Below the pieces are notes generated by a model. That model searched no databases. It had not been told where the DNA came from and saw nothing but the letters and a program-made list of their open reading frames with translations. Positions 51,816-64,000 of a stretch of 64,000 bases of DNA are shown here, piece by piece. The translations under genes and the position numbers were made by a program. This DNA comes from Octopus bimaculoides (lineage: Eukaryota): NCBI RefSeq assembly GCF_001194135.2, contig NC_068984.1:111764394-111828393 (forward strand), read 5' to 3'. Numbering within the stretch: position 1 is the stretch's first letter; every line of letters starts with the position of its first letter.

Positions 51816-52488
51816 TTATTATGGAAGCAAGCTGAAAGAACCATTAGCACACTGGACAACATGCTTAGTGGCATTTCTCTTGGTTTTACTTTCTGAATTC
51901 AGCTCCTGTTAACATTAATTTTGCCCTTCATCACTGAGGTCAATAAAATATGTACCAGTTGTGTACTGGAGTTGATGTAATCGATTAGCTACTTCCCCTT
52001 AAATTTCAGGCCTTGCGTCTATAGCTGAAAAAGATATTATTATGATCATGAGCCAAACAGCCTAACCACTAAGCCACACACACACACACACACATATATA
52101 ACAGTGTATAAGTGTATATACACAGAGAGGTGACTCTTGGCAGGACGCCTTACATGCTAGAAAGGGCAGCCAAACCCAAACCACGTAAAAAGGTGACTGT
52201 GCTGCTGACCATGTGACTGCGCTTGCACAGTTGATTTGAAGGCATAATGTATATGTATGCAGCACGCACATGTGATTTCAGTACATATTAAGCCTCATAA
52301 TTATGCATTGTCTTAGCAATCCTACTGACAAGGTACGAACAACAAATTAATTTATTTATTCATTAATACACTCTTATGTATGAAAATATGTTGTCTACTG
52401 AATTTTATTATGCATGCTAGCCACTGGTATGAAACTTTTTCTAAAATTTCTACCCTTATAATTTTCACAGCATATATATATAAATATG

Positions 52489-53360
52489 CAGGGTGAATAA
52501 ACTGTCGTCTAAATTACGCAAAACTGAAAATAACATTGACACCTCATTTTAACAGATATATCTACCAAAATTGCATAAAACTATCTTGTAATACTAAAGA
52601 GTAAATTTATTCAATAAAATTGCCATTGGCTTCAACCACAGCTTCAAGATGACTTCAGAATCTCCTGTAGCTCCTCTGGACAGTTTCCTTGTTTAAGTTG
52701 GTGAATGCTACCATAATCCTTGCCTTCACTTCATCTTTGATGTTACAAGGAATTCTGCTGTTTTCTCGCTCAACTGTGCCCTATACATAATAATCAAGGG
52801 GGTTGAAGTCTGGAGGATTTGGTGGCCAGATGTTAGGGTTGATGTGGTCACAGAAATTGCCTCACAGCCATGACTGTGTTCTCCTGCTTTTGTGGCATGG
52901 TGCGGAGTCCTGTTGCCAGACATAGAGTCTTCCAGCAGCCACCTTCTTCGCCCAGGACTGCATTACTTCCTCCAGGCACTTGATGAAGGCCTCCATGTTG
53001 AGTGTGAGACCATGTGGGAAGATGAATGGAGGCATAACATCACCATCACTAGTGATCACACCAAACATCATGATGTTGACTGGATATTTGATTTTTATCA
53101 CTCTTGGTACATGTCCTCAAATTGCACTGTCCTCAGACTGATACCCAAACTCTCTGAAATATTTGCATTGGATCTTCGAATGTGAATGCCAAGCAGTACA
53201 GCATGTCGCTTCCAAATTTCTGATAGAGTGAATAGCATCATGGCGCTGTTTTCCTTACAGACTGTGCCCAACTAACCCCACTATACAAAATCAAAAACAA
53301 ACGATGTGCATGTGCGAAATTAAAAATATAAAACAACAACAATTTACCCATTGCGCCCTG
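52489..53360 (-). mobile_element. DD37D (maT/Bmmar1-like) Tc1/mariner element, internally deleted
   Basis: KYPVNIMMFGVITSDGDVMPPFIFP...WQQDSAP...W(*)...WPPNPPDFNPLDYY, with 37 residues between the last two Asp. Degenerate TIRs CAGGGTG / CAGGGCG with shared TAAAYTGTYGT; TA at the right end. Confidence 0.8.
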
Positions 53361-53376
53361 TATGTATATATATGTT

Positions 53377-53790
53377 GCTGTTGGCACTCTGTTGCTTATG
53401 GCGTCGAGGGTTCCAGTCGATCCGATCAACGGAACAGCTTGCTCGTGAAATTAACGTGCAAGTGGCTGAGCAATCCACAGACACCTGTACCCTTAACGTA
53501 GTNNNNNNNNNNAGCAATCCACAGACACCTGTACCCTTAACGTAGTTCTCGGGGATATTCAGCGTGACACAGTGTGACAAGGCTGACCCTTTAAAATACA
53601 GGTACAACAGAAAGAAAGAGTGAGAGAAAGTTGTAGTGGAAGAGTACAACAGGGTTCGCCACCATCCCCTGCTGGAGCCTTGTGGAGCTTTTAGGTGTTT
53701 TCGCTCAATAAACACTCACAACGCCCAGTCTGGGAATCGAAACCACGATCCTATGACTGCGAGTCTGCTGCCCTAACCACTGGGTCATTG
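53377..53790 (-). mobile_element. SINE family C (spans a 10-N gap)
   Basis: Homologous to 7915-8302. Confidence 0.85.
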
Positions 53791-53801
53791 CGCTTCCACT
53801 G

Positions 53802-53866
<65 letters not shown>

Positions 53867-53964
53867 CACTGAGGAAATGACAAGGAACTGGGTAATGTGG
53901 CGATTTGCTGTACTTGATAATACACATGAAGCTAAATAAAATCACTGTCTTCCAGACATGCAGG

Positions 53965-54225
53965 CTGGTCTTTTCAGGTGTCAGTGCTACATAAAAATCA
54001 CCTGTGCCAGTGCTACACAAATGCACCCATGCCAGTGGCACGTACATAGTATCTAGCACACTCTGAGGTGTTGTCGGTGTTAGTAAGGGCATCCAGATAT
54101 AGAAACCATGCCGAAACAGACACTGAAACCTGGTGCAATCTTCTACCTAGCCAGCTCCTGTCAAACCGTCTAATCCATGCCAGCATGGAAAGCAGATGTT
54201 AAATGATGATGATGAGGATGATGAT
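53965..54225 (+). mobile_element. Family B variant
   Basis: AAGGGCATCCAG core and (GAT)n tail. Confidence 0.65.
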
Positions 54226-54894
54226 GATACATATAAAAATGTGCATATGTATGTATATATGTATGTGTGTGCGTGTGCGTATATATATCTATTTATGTAT
54301 ATATATTTATTTACGTTTGTGTATATATTCCCTTTTAAAATTCTTATCTGCTTTGTTTTTGTTTTTAAGTAAAGTGAATCCCTATTGGCAGTAAGTTTCT
54401 AGTTGAGTATTCTCTGCGATGAGCATTCTTTTTTTAATTTTATTTTTATATATTTATGTATTGTATTTATTTTATTTGTTATCTCATGCCATCATCACCT
54501 TGGTTCTAGTCTGCTACATGTATGTAATTATGGTCTGTGATAAAATACTAAGTTTTTATCTGGGAAAGAATGTATATTGTGTAAGCTAGTTTTTCCCCTC
54601 TGTGTGTTTGGGGACTTTTTACAGTCTGTTGAAAATTTATTACATAGAAAACAAAAATGAAACTAATGCAACACAAAGAGTGATTGTTGTTGTTGTTGTT
54701 GTTACCTTTAATAGAAATCTACTATATTTATAGCATGTACTTTTGTGTAAACAATCTACAACGCAAAATGTAGCAAAAAATATAGGACACTACGTTTAGT
54801 GGGAATTGAAATTACGATCTTAAGATTTAAAAACAAACTGCACGAAAGATATATATTACTAATATAAACCTCTACTGTTTTTTGCATCGGGACT

Positions 54895-55222
54895 AAAGGA
54901 CCCCCTTTGGTCATGAATAACCATGGGATTGCACCTAGAAAGTTACCGTCCCATGCACAAGTCCAGGCAAGGTTGTTTATGGAAGACAAGCAGTCACCTA
55001 TGCATACCAGCCTCCCCTATCCATGCCACCAGTGTTATCCAAGGGAAAGGCAAAGGCCGATACAGCTTGGCACCTGTGACGTCGCGACTCATTTCTACAG
55101 CTGAGTGAACTGGAGCAACGTGAAATAAAATGTCTTGCTGAAGAACACAACACACAGCCCGGTCCGGGAATCGAACTCACTACCTTATGATTGTGAGCCT
55201 GACATTCTAACCACTGAGCCTA
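54895..55222 (-). mobile_element. SINE: D head + H tail
   Basis: Well-preserved reverse complement; compare 57775-58045. Confidence 0.8.
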
Positions 55223-55434
55223 CGCATATCTGAAACACTAATATTCTTGAAGATAAAAATAGTCCATGTAGCTGTTGGGTTGTCTTTAGCTTCTATGTTG
55301 TTAAATGTATGGAAAGATAAATTCACATTTAATGAGATAAGACCCACCCAGAAAATTAACAACACTAACAGCAAATTGCACAAGCAGAAAGAAAACCTCA
55401 TCATTTTCACTGTCCAGTTTGGATGGTTTACTCT

Positions 55435-55583
55435 AGCTTGCTTACCAACCACATGGTTCTGGGTTCAGTCCCACAGCATGGCACCTTGGGCACGTGTCTT
55501 CAACTATAGCCTCGGGCCGACCAAAGCCTTGTGAGTGGATTTGGTAGACGGAAACTGAAAGAAGCCTGCCGTATACATGTATG

Positions 55584-55641
<58 letters not shown>

Positions 55642-55876
55642 GTGTGTGTATATGTTTGTGTGTCTGTGTTTGTCCCCCCAACTTCGCTTGACAACCGAGG
55701 CTGGTGTGTTTACGTCCCTGTAATTTAGCGGTTCGGCAAAAAGAGACCGATAGAATAAGTACTAGGCTTACAAAGAATAAGTCCTGGGGTTGATTTGCTC
55801 GACTAAAAGGCAGTGCCCCAGCATTGCCGCAGTCAAAATGACTGAAACAAGTAAAAGAGTAAAAGAGAGTAAAGAG
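55435..55876 (+). mobile_element. SINE family A
   Basis: Homologous to 506-929. Confidence 0.85.
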
Positions 55877-55889
55877 TATATCAGACTTT

Positions 55890-56050
55890 CTCAGTGACCG
55901 CTTAGCAGACAATTACTGCAACTTGATGCTGAGTGAGAGAATCTCCATTGTTGTGAACTGAAGAGTGGTAATAATGCAGCTGAGAAAGGATACTGACAAG
56001 AGGGACTTAGAGGACAACTTTTGGCCTCTACCTCTGCTAAATGCAGACTT
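55890..56050 (+). mobile_element. L1/Tx1-like reverse transcriptase fragment
   Basis: LADNYCNL...RIS...RVVIMQLRKDTDKRDLEDNFWPLPLLNADFKM matches the NxRPI(S/T)LLNxDxK motif upstream of RT domain 1. Confidence 0.7.
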
Positions 56051-56550
56051 TAAGATGGTTCAGCATGTGTAAAGCTTAAAATGCTTTTGGTTAACAGTAA
56101 TACATAATAAGTAGTTTCATTATAAGATGGTAAGCTGGCAGAATCGTTAGCATGCCAGGTAATATGCTTAGTAGCATATCATCTGTCTTTACATTCTGAG
56201 TTCTATTACCACTGAGATCGACTTTTTAGCAGACACTAAATAATGATGATGACTACTTATGGATTACTGCTATCCAATTCCATCTTAAGGTTTACACAAA
56301 CTGAGCATACAGCGTCTTGTTAATAAATAAATATTATAGGGTCCAGTGTGTTGATTTGCCTGGAGCCCTAAAATATTGCTTTACTGCTTCTTAGATGGCT
56401 ACAAACTAATCACAAACCTTGATTCCTATAACTAAACGAGTTAGATGTCTATGGCTTTGAGTAAAGCAGGTTTGGAAATATGGCAAGCTCAGAAGGTGTT
56501 GCATGGTCGGAGCTTTTTACTTTATATGTGCGGCATAAAAAAAAGTTATA

Positions 56551-57030
56551 ACAGATATCAGTCTGCCCATGTCTCCATTAAGAAGCTATAAATGGACATC
56601 AGTCCACCTCTGTAGCTATTAAGAAACAGAAAACAGACACCTGTTCACTCCTGTGTCCTTTAACAAACAGTAAGAGAACACCAGTTTACTCTTTTATCAA
56701 TTAACAAACAGTAAATGGAAATCAGTCCATTTCTGTGCCCATTAACAAACCATATAAAAGGATATCAGTCCACACCTGTAGTAGTTAACAAACAGTAGAT
56801 AGCTACTTGTCTACCTTTGTATCTATTAACAAACAGTAAACAGATACCTGTCCACTTATGTGTCTATTAGCAAGCAGTAAGTGGACACAAGTGCACTCCT
56901 GTACCCAGTAACAAACAGGAAATGGACATCAGTCCACTTCTGTAGTAATTAACAAGCAGCATATGGCTACCTGTCCACTCTTGTATTGAATTAATAAACA
57001 GTAAACAGATATCTGTATCCATTAGCAATG
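56551..57030. repeat. Diverged ~41-bp minisatellite, ~12 units
   Basis: TTAACAAACAGTA recurs every 41 (occasionally 42-43) bp. Confidence 0.85.
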
Positions 57031-57774
57031 ATAATGGTCACCATTCCTCCCTCAAAGTCCTTTAAGAAACAATAACCAAGCACAAGTCCCAACAATTAGT
57101 GTGAACTGAGACAATGCATGGAATCATAGCGAAATACCAGCTTTGGTTTTGAACATTTAACTTAGTAGGTAGTTATCCCAGTTCTCTATTCTTTTAACCA
57201 TTTGGCTATTATGACAGGTCACAAACTGATAGAATTACTAACATTCCTCGTATTCATTCTCAATCTCAGTGCTATGATTCTAAATTCCTCTAAGGATATC
57301 TTTGCTTTCCATTTTTTTAAAGCCAATTAACAATAAATTTCAATGAAGAATGGTTCCGGTAGAATTGTTATTGCATTGCTAATATTGTTATACAGTATTA
57401 GGTTCATCTCTTTGCATTCTGAGTCCAAATTTCACATGTGGTTCAAAAGACAAATGAAGCAAGGAGTATTGAGGATGGTAGAAGCATCTGGTCCAGAGTT
57501 GCAAACATCTAACTCAATAAAGCTTGTGCTGTTGTATGGGAGTTTTGTCACCTTTATTAATAGGTGGCCACAGGAAGCTCAAGTGTTGTTCTGGAAGGGG
57601 TTGAAACATCTACAGAGCTGCTCTGTCACATGATGAGACAGAGGACAGCAAAGATGGAGTACAGCAGTACCCTCTGCACATAAGTGCTTACCCTAAAATC
57701 ATTGGGCCGAGACTAACCCACCTGACCTCAGGAGGAGCCTGCAATTGGTCAGGATAGACAGGTAAAGGATAAAG

Positions 57775-58045
57775 ACCCTCTTTGGTCATGAATAACCATG
57801 GGATTATACACGGGAAGTTACTCTCTGAGGCACAAGTTCAGGCAAGGCTGGTTGTTGAAGACCAGCAGTCACTCACGCTTACCAGCCTCCCCTCTCCATG
57901 CCACTGATGTTATCCAAGGGAAAGGCAAAGGCCGATACAGCTTGGCACCTGTGACATAGCAAATCTTTTCTACGGGTGAGTGAACTGGAACAACATGAAA
58001 TAAAGTGTCTTGTTCAAGAGGACAACACACAGACCAGTCTGGGAA
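57775..58045 (-). mobile_element. SINE: D-type centre + H tail (head truncated)
   Basis: Homologous to 54895-55170. Confidence 0.75.
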
Positions 58046-59313
58046 CTGCATAGACAGATAGGCTCTACAATTTGCATGAACTAACCATCAGTGGTATGCT
58101 TAGGTTTTCATTCAACACTAGATTAACAATGGTAAATACAAATAATTTCATCCCCTCCACTCAAACACTAAACTAAATATTCCAAGTCATTTATTACAAC
58201 TTTCAACTATATTTGCTGTTTCTCTGCGACCATATCACGGGAGGATCGAAATTGTAAATTTAAGGCTAAATTATTTGTGGCTAAAGAAAAATAGACAAGA
58301 CAGAACTATTAAGAAAATTACAAAAGAGAAAGATATAAAAAAGAAAAGAGGAATGAATAATATGGTAACGGTTGCAGACAACATTGTGATTGTTCTTTGA
58401 GAGAAACATTCAGAATTTAACTTTATATTCTTGGGTTATACAGAACATATTCGCATTTATTCTTCTTTCATCAGAAGAAGAGTTTTAGCAACTTTATCTC
58501 GTCTTCTTCTTCTTCTTCTTCTTCTTCTTCTTCTCGTATTTCCTATTTACATCTGGTTCTTCAATAAGGTTCTTTCATTTCGGTTGTGGCGGTATTGTGG
58601 AAAAAGAATGAAATAGAATGAAAGGACGTGTGGGATAAAAACAGCATTGAATTGCAGAGTAGTCTTGGAGAATGAGAAAGAAACGGCGGGCAGTGGACGG
58701 AGGGGTTGGGATGGGGGTCTCTCTCAACACTGCTGCTGCTGCTGTCTCTGCCAAGCCACCACCACCACCACCACTGTAAGTAATATTAGGACTAATTACT
58801 AATCTATCAAGACCACCGAGTTTATTACCCCTACTACCATAACCAGCAAAAACCACCACCACCACCATCATCATCCTCATCATCATCATCTGCACTACCA
58901 CCACATCAACAAAATTACTACTACTGCTACTACTACTACTACTACTATTACTTCTACTCTCATTATTGCTACCATAAATGCTATTACCACTTATGTCAGG
59001 CCTTTGCCCTGTCAGGGAAATGAAAATTTGAAATAGGAATCGAATGATAATCTACCTATGTGTCTGTGTTTGTGAGTGAAAGAGGGGGGAGAGGGGGAAA
59101 GAGAGACAGATAGAGATAGAGAGAGAAGATAGATAGGGATAGGGTGATTGTGTGAATATGTGTGAAGGGTTGTTTATCTGGCGCTTGATATAATATTCTC
59201 ACAGTCTATCTATCTGTCTATCAATCAATCTATCTATCTGTCTGTCTATCTATTTATCTGTGTCTCTCTCGTTCTCTGTATTTTCTCTCTCTCCTTCTCT
59301 TTCTCATTCTCTC

Positions 59314-59350
<37 letters not shown>

Positions 59351-59736
59351 NNNNNNNNNNNNNNNNNNNNNNNNNNNNNNNNNNNNNNNNNNNNNNNNNN
59401 NNNNNNNNNNNNNNNNNNNNNNNNNNNNNNNNNNNNNNNNNNNNNNNNNNNNNNNNNNNNNNNNNNNNNNNNNNNNNNNNNNNNNNNNNNNNNNNNNNNN
59501 NNNNNNNNNNNNNNNNNNNNNNNNNNNNNNNNNNNNNNNNNNNNNNNNNNNNNNNNNNNNNNNNNNNNNNNNNNNNNNNNNNNNNNNNNNNNNNNNNNNN
59601 NNNNNNNNNNNNNNNNNNNNNNNNNNNNNNNNNNATATATAATACTTCTATGTATTATGTATACATCTATCTAACCACCTGTATTTCCCCTTTTAGGCTC
59701 TATTTCTTTCCTCCCTCCATCCCTCTCTCTCCTCTC

Positions 59737-59782
<46 letters not shown>

Positions 59783-59952
59783 CATCCCTTTATATGTATG
59801 CATGTGTGTTTGTTGTGAGGGCATGTATTTGTATAATTATTCTAAAATTGTAAGGAGGGGACAGACAGTCAGAAGGTAACTAGATGAAACCCCAAAATGT
59901 TTATGGGTAATTGTAGATAATAATTGGATAAATAGAAAGGTAAATACAAACC

Positions 59953-59992
<40 letters not shown>

Positions 59993-60066
59993 CACACACA
60001 CATATGGGAAGAGTGATAGAGAAAGAGAGGGAACGATAGACAAATAGATGTAGATATATAGATGCA

Positions 60067-60495
60067 GGAGTGGCTGTGTGGTAAGAAGCTTGCTTCTCAA
60101 TAACATGGTTTCAGGTTCAATCCTATTGTGTAGCACCTTGGGCAAGTGTCTTCTGTTATAGCCTCGGGTCGACCAAAGCCTTGTGAGTGGGTTTGGTAGA
60201 TGGAAACTGAAAGAAGCCTGTCGTATATATATATATATTTATATGTATATGTATCTATGTGTGTGTGTCTTTGTGTCTGTGTTTGTGCCCCTCCCGACCA
60301 CCACCATTACTGCTTGACAACTGGTATTGGTGTGTTTATGTCCCCATAACTTAGCGGTTTGGCAAAAGAGACCGACAGAATAAGTACCAGGCTTAGAGAG
60401 TAAGTACTGGGGTTGATTCATGCAACTAAAAATACAAGGCAGTGCCCCAGCATGGCCACAGTCTAATGACTGCAACAAGTACAAGATAAAAGATA
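60067..60495 (+). mobile_element. SINE family A
   Basis: Homologous to 506-929. Confidence 0.8.
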
Positions 60496-60744
60496 AACGA
60501 TATAGATAGATAAATAAATAGACAGACAGACAGACAGACAGACACATAAACACACAGATAGATAGATAAATAGACAGACAGACAGAGAGAGAGAGAGCTA
60601 GATAGATAGATATAGATATAATCATCTTCATTGTTTTAACATCAACTTTTCTGTGCTTGTATGGGTTGGATGGAGTTCATTAATGCATGTTTTCTACACT
60701 CAGATGCTTTTCCTGTCACCAACCCTTACCTGTAATATTTCCCC

Positions 60745-61440
60745 ATAGCCAGATATTTTCTTGCAGAATACCGGAAATAAATGGTGCAGACGCGTTTTCC
60801 ACTATTCAAAGCAGTGCTGGAACTCTTGCGATGCGATACCTTTTAACATGTCTGTTGTTTTTTTCTTCACCTCTTCCACATCTGCAAATTCCATGGCACC
60901 AGCTTTTGACCTTCGAGAAAAAGTCTGGATCAACTTCCAACTGTTCTTTCAGTTCACAACACGCATTCAGTCGCGACTGATTTTGATCTTCCATGAGCAA
61001 GCGAAGCACAAATTTTGCTGCAGCTCTATTCATTTGCAGTTACTCACTCAAAATTCGTTGGTAGGATCTCTAAAACACACCAGTCATATCANNNNNNNNN
61101 NNNNNNNNNNNNNNNNNNNNNNNNNNNNNTCTTATTTCTTTACTGCCCACCAAGGGCTACACACAAGGACAGACAAACAGATTAAGTTGATTATATCGAC
61201 CCCAGTGCATAACTGGTACTTATTTAATCGACCCCAAAAGGATGAAAGGTAAAGTCGACCTCAGCGGAATTTGAACTCAGAACGTAGCGGCAGAAGAAAT
61301 AAGCATTTCGGCCGGCGTGCTAACGTTTCTGCCAGCTCATCACCTTCAATTGTTTCGTGACAGTCGTCCAAGTTCATGGATTTTCATGATGTTTTCATTT
61401 CTTCAGGAGGTTGACAGTCATCTTGAACAAAACTGGTCTT
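60745..61440 (-). mobile_element. mariner relic interrupted by a gap and a family E SINE (61170-61345)
   Basis: NENIMKIHEL...TI | DMTGVF*RSYQRILSE*LQMNRAAAKFVLRLLMEDQNQSRLNACCELKEQLEVDPDFFSKV, then deletion to the C-terminal SQEFQHCFE*WKTRL. Confidence 0.75.
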
Positions 61441-61669
61441 CAAGCAACAAGTGACCATTCCTAAAGCATGGAAACCACTCATAAACTTGTGTTTTGCTCA
61501 TGGCAGCATCCTTGTAAGCTGCTTGAAGCAAAACAACTGTTTCAGTTGCATTTTCCCCAGCAGAAAACAGAGTTTCATGGAAGCATGCTGTTCCTTTGTT
61601 TCAACCATTGCAGTGGGACTGAACCTGGAACCATGTGGCTGGGAAGCAAGCTTCTAACCATCATCATTG

Positions 61670-61765
61670 TCATCAACATCCTGAAGTCATTCTTCAGTAC
61701 TTCATTCAATGTCTTCCTGGGTCTCCCATTTCCACTTGTTCCGCATATATGTGAATCATACAAAG
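61670..61765 (-). mobile_element. RTE C-terminal fragment
   Basis: GTSGNGRPRKTLNEVLKNDFR matches the RTE GRPRKTW motif. Confidence 0.6.
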
Positions 61766-61799
61766 TCACGTGAAAATCGTAATGCCCAGATTGGTAATG

Positions 61800-62097
61800 A
61801 TCTTGGACACCAACTCTTGCGACTTGTCATATGTCAAAAATCTTGTAAGACAATATCTGAACTTAAAAGACATATGTTAGTTCACAAGAACATTCCTTTA
61901 GAATCAGTTTCCAAAGGGTAAAGACATAGAAGAAACTTGAATTAAAATCCGTCACTTGTGTTTTAAACCCTGTCAGTCTGCACCTGGTCTTAAAAGTCAT
62001 CTAAGGGTTCATCGGCGGAGTGATTGTGGTGTGTGATGGAGTGTGGTGTGAGTGTTGATGGGACAGCTATCATCTGTCAAGACGAAGCAATCATCAT
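61800..62097 (+). mobile_element. LINE-like 3' end with two decayed C2H2 fingers
   Basis: CH(I)CQKSCKTISELKRHMLVH (2-nt deletion) and (R)HLCFKPCQSAPGLKSHLRVH, both C-x2-C-x12-H-x3-H; ends GACGAAGCAATCATCAT. Confidence 0.6.
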
Positions 62098-62112
62098 ACA
62101 TGTATATATATA

Positions 62113-62145
<33 letters not shown>

Positions 62146-62400
62146 GGTAGTGGTTGTCTACTCTTTACACAGAGTTTGACCACCTCCTGCACCTACACCT
62201 TAGCCCTTTCATTGCGTCTGATGTGGCTTTTTAAACCAGGCAGTGTTTTGAAAAAACACCCACACAGATTGCACCTCTGATTTGCACTACCAATACCTGC
62301 AAGTACGTTCTTCTCATTGTAGACCCTAACATGTCTTTTAAGACCTCCATTGGATTTACAAGCCCTCTGGCACACACCATATTCAAACGTGTGCACAGAC
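62146..62400 (-). mobile_element. Related LINE-like 3' end with two decayed C2H2 fingers
   Basis: (Y)GVCQRACKSNGGLKRHVRV(Y) and CNLCGCFFKTLPGLKSHIRR(N); stop at 62193. Confidence 0.6.
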
Positions 62401-62483
62401 ATATAATCAGAATAGCTGATTATATATATATATATATATTTACATACACACAGACATGCACAAGCATGCACACACAGACACAG

Positions 62484-62518
<35 letters not shown>

Positions 62519-62644
62519 TATACATAAATGTCAAAGAAAGAGAATGAGCTCTCAACACTGCATTGGTTGATAAAATTTCTTTATTTGTGTAGTATTAAGG
62601 CTACCATTGGTTTCATGTTAAGAAAATATCTTAATAACTAAATT

Positions 62645-63061
62645 TTTACGATTTGACTGAGGACTGGCGAACCAGATGGCTGCACCAGGCTCCAATCTGA
62701 TCTGGCAGAGTTTCTACAGCTGGATGTCCTTCCTAACGCCAACCACTCTGAGTGTGTAGTGGGTGCTTTTAAATGTCACCAGCACAAGGGCCAGTCCGGC
62801 GATATTGGCGATGGCAACGCTCAAATGGTGCTTTTTATGTGCCACCAGCACGGAAGCCAGACAGCTGCTCTAGCAGTGATCCAGCATGGATGATGCTGTT
62901 AGCGCTCCACTGGCATGGGTGCCAGTCATCAAATTTGGTTCAATTTCAATTTCACTTGCCCCAACAGGTCTTTGCAAGCAGAGTTTAGTGTCCAATGAAG
63001 GAAGGTTGGCATGGGTGCCAGTCAAATCTGGTTCGATTTCGATTTCGATTTCACTTGCCTC
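62645..63061 (-). mobile_element. Family B with ~96-bp tandem module running into a gap
   Basis: TGGCATGGGTGCCAGTC at 62911 and 63007. Confidence 0.8.
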
Positions 63062-63404
63062 NNNNNNNNNNNNNNNNNNNNNNNNNNNNNNNNNNNNNNN
63101 NNNNNNNNNNNNNNNNNNNNNNNNNNNNNNNNNNNNNNNNNNNNNNNNNNNNNNNNNNNNNNNNNNNNNNNNNNNNNNNNNNNNNNNNNNNNNNNNNNNN
63201 NNNNNNNNNNNNNNNNNNNNNNNNNNNNNNNNNNNNNNNNNNNNNNNNNNNNNNNNNNNNNNNNNNNNNNNNNNNNNNNNNNNNNNNNNNNNNNNNNNNN
63301 NNNNNNNNNNNNNNNNNNNNNNNNNNNNNNNNNNNNNNNNNNNNNNNNNNNNNNNNNNNNNNNNNNNNNNNNNNNNNNNNNNNNNNNNNNNNNNNNNNNN
63401 NNNN

Positions 63405-63435
<31 letters not shown>

Positions 63436-64000
63436 TCATAGGCAAGGCAACTCCAAAAGGGGTCTCAGGGAGTAGTCTTTCTGCCTTCCTGAGGTAGTTT
63501 TCTACCACATTTCTTAAAAGTCTTTGTAGAGGCCTTGGTCTCGGGACCATTCATGTCTAGAAACTGAGGTTGGGTGTAAGCAAGGGCATGCTCACCATAC
63601 AAAATCCAGCTCCAAAATGCCTCATGATAGCAAAGGAGAATGGGCACCAGCCAGCCCAAAGGTTGCTATGGCATTGAGGTAGATCCGGCCACCCCCATTA
63701 ACAGGAGCAAACCTCAGATTTAAAACACTGATGAATTTATTTTGCAAGATTCCTGATGTGAAATCATATGTTTGAAACAGATATTGTTATGTTTTGGATT
63801 GGTCATTTGTATTTTTTCTTGCCAAATAAATACACGCACTATATATTCGTTCTTCATTTGCTTATTGTTGTTCTTCTTTTATAGTATGTCCATTGAATGA
63901 TAATCCTTCATCACACATCTGTGACATCTTCAGTGACTCTTCTATCCCACATATTTCCTCCTGTCCTGTTTAGTCCATTCTGACTTGGACTAAATAGACA

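Noticed and set aside
53469-53546. 34-bp direct repeat inside SINE C
   Set aside because: It sits exactly on both sides of a 10-N gap, so it is an unmerged contig overlap.
56551-57030. CRISPR-like array
   Set aside because: Units are homologous along their whole length, with no unique spacers and no cas genes, in a eukaryotic context.
63727-63780. Hammerhead ribozyme (CTGATGA...GAAA)
   Set aside because: No supporting stems II/III could be formed.

Overview
AT-rich, repeat-saturated eukaryotic genomic DNA. The SINE families, microsatellite load and short N-gaps next to microsatellites look like an Octopus (coleoid cephalopod) draft scaffold; this is an inference from repeat recognition, not a search. 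I could not recognise any intact host protein-coding gene, and nearly all ORFs in the track are microsatellite, gap or SINE artefacts. What the sequence does support: (1) dozens of copies of several tRNA-headed or RTE-tailed SINE-like families with modular head/tail exchange; (2) at least seven decayed fragments of restriction-like-endonuclease (R4/Dong-type) non-LTR retrotransposons, three stacked head-to-tail in (TAA)n tracts at 40.7-42.1 kb; (3) RTE, L1/Tx1 and double-C2H2-tailed LINE relics; (4) Tc1/mariner relics (mariner, DD37D maT-like, pogo-like), piggyBac-like TTAA MITEs and Helentron/HINE-like elements; (5) two inverted 5'-truncated U6 snRNA fragments, an 81-nt near-perfect hairpin in TE-free sequence, and a 41-bp minisatellite with apparent 4-unit higher-order periodicity. 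Family labels A-H are my own working names. No convincing novel multi-gene system is visible; the best leads are RNA-level and retroelement-level.
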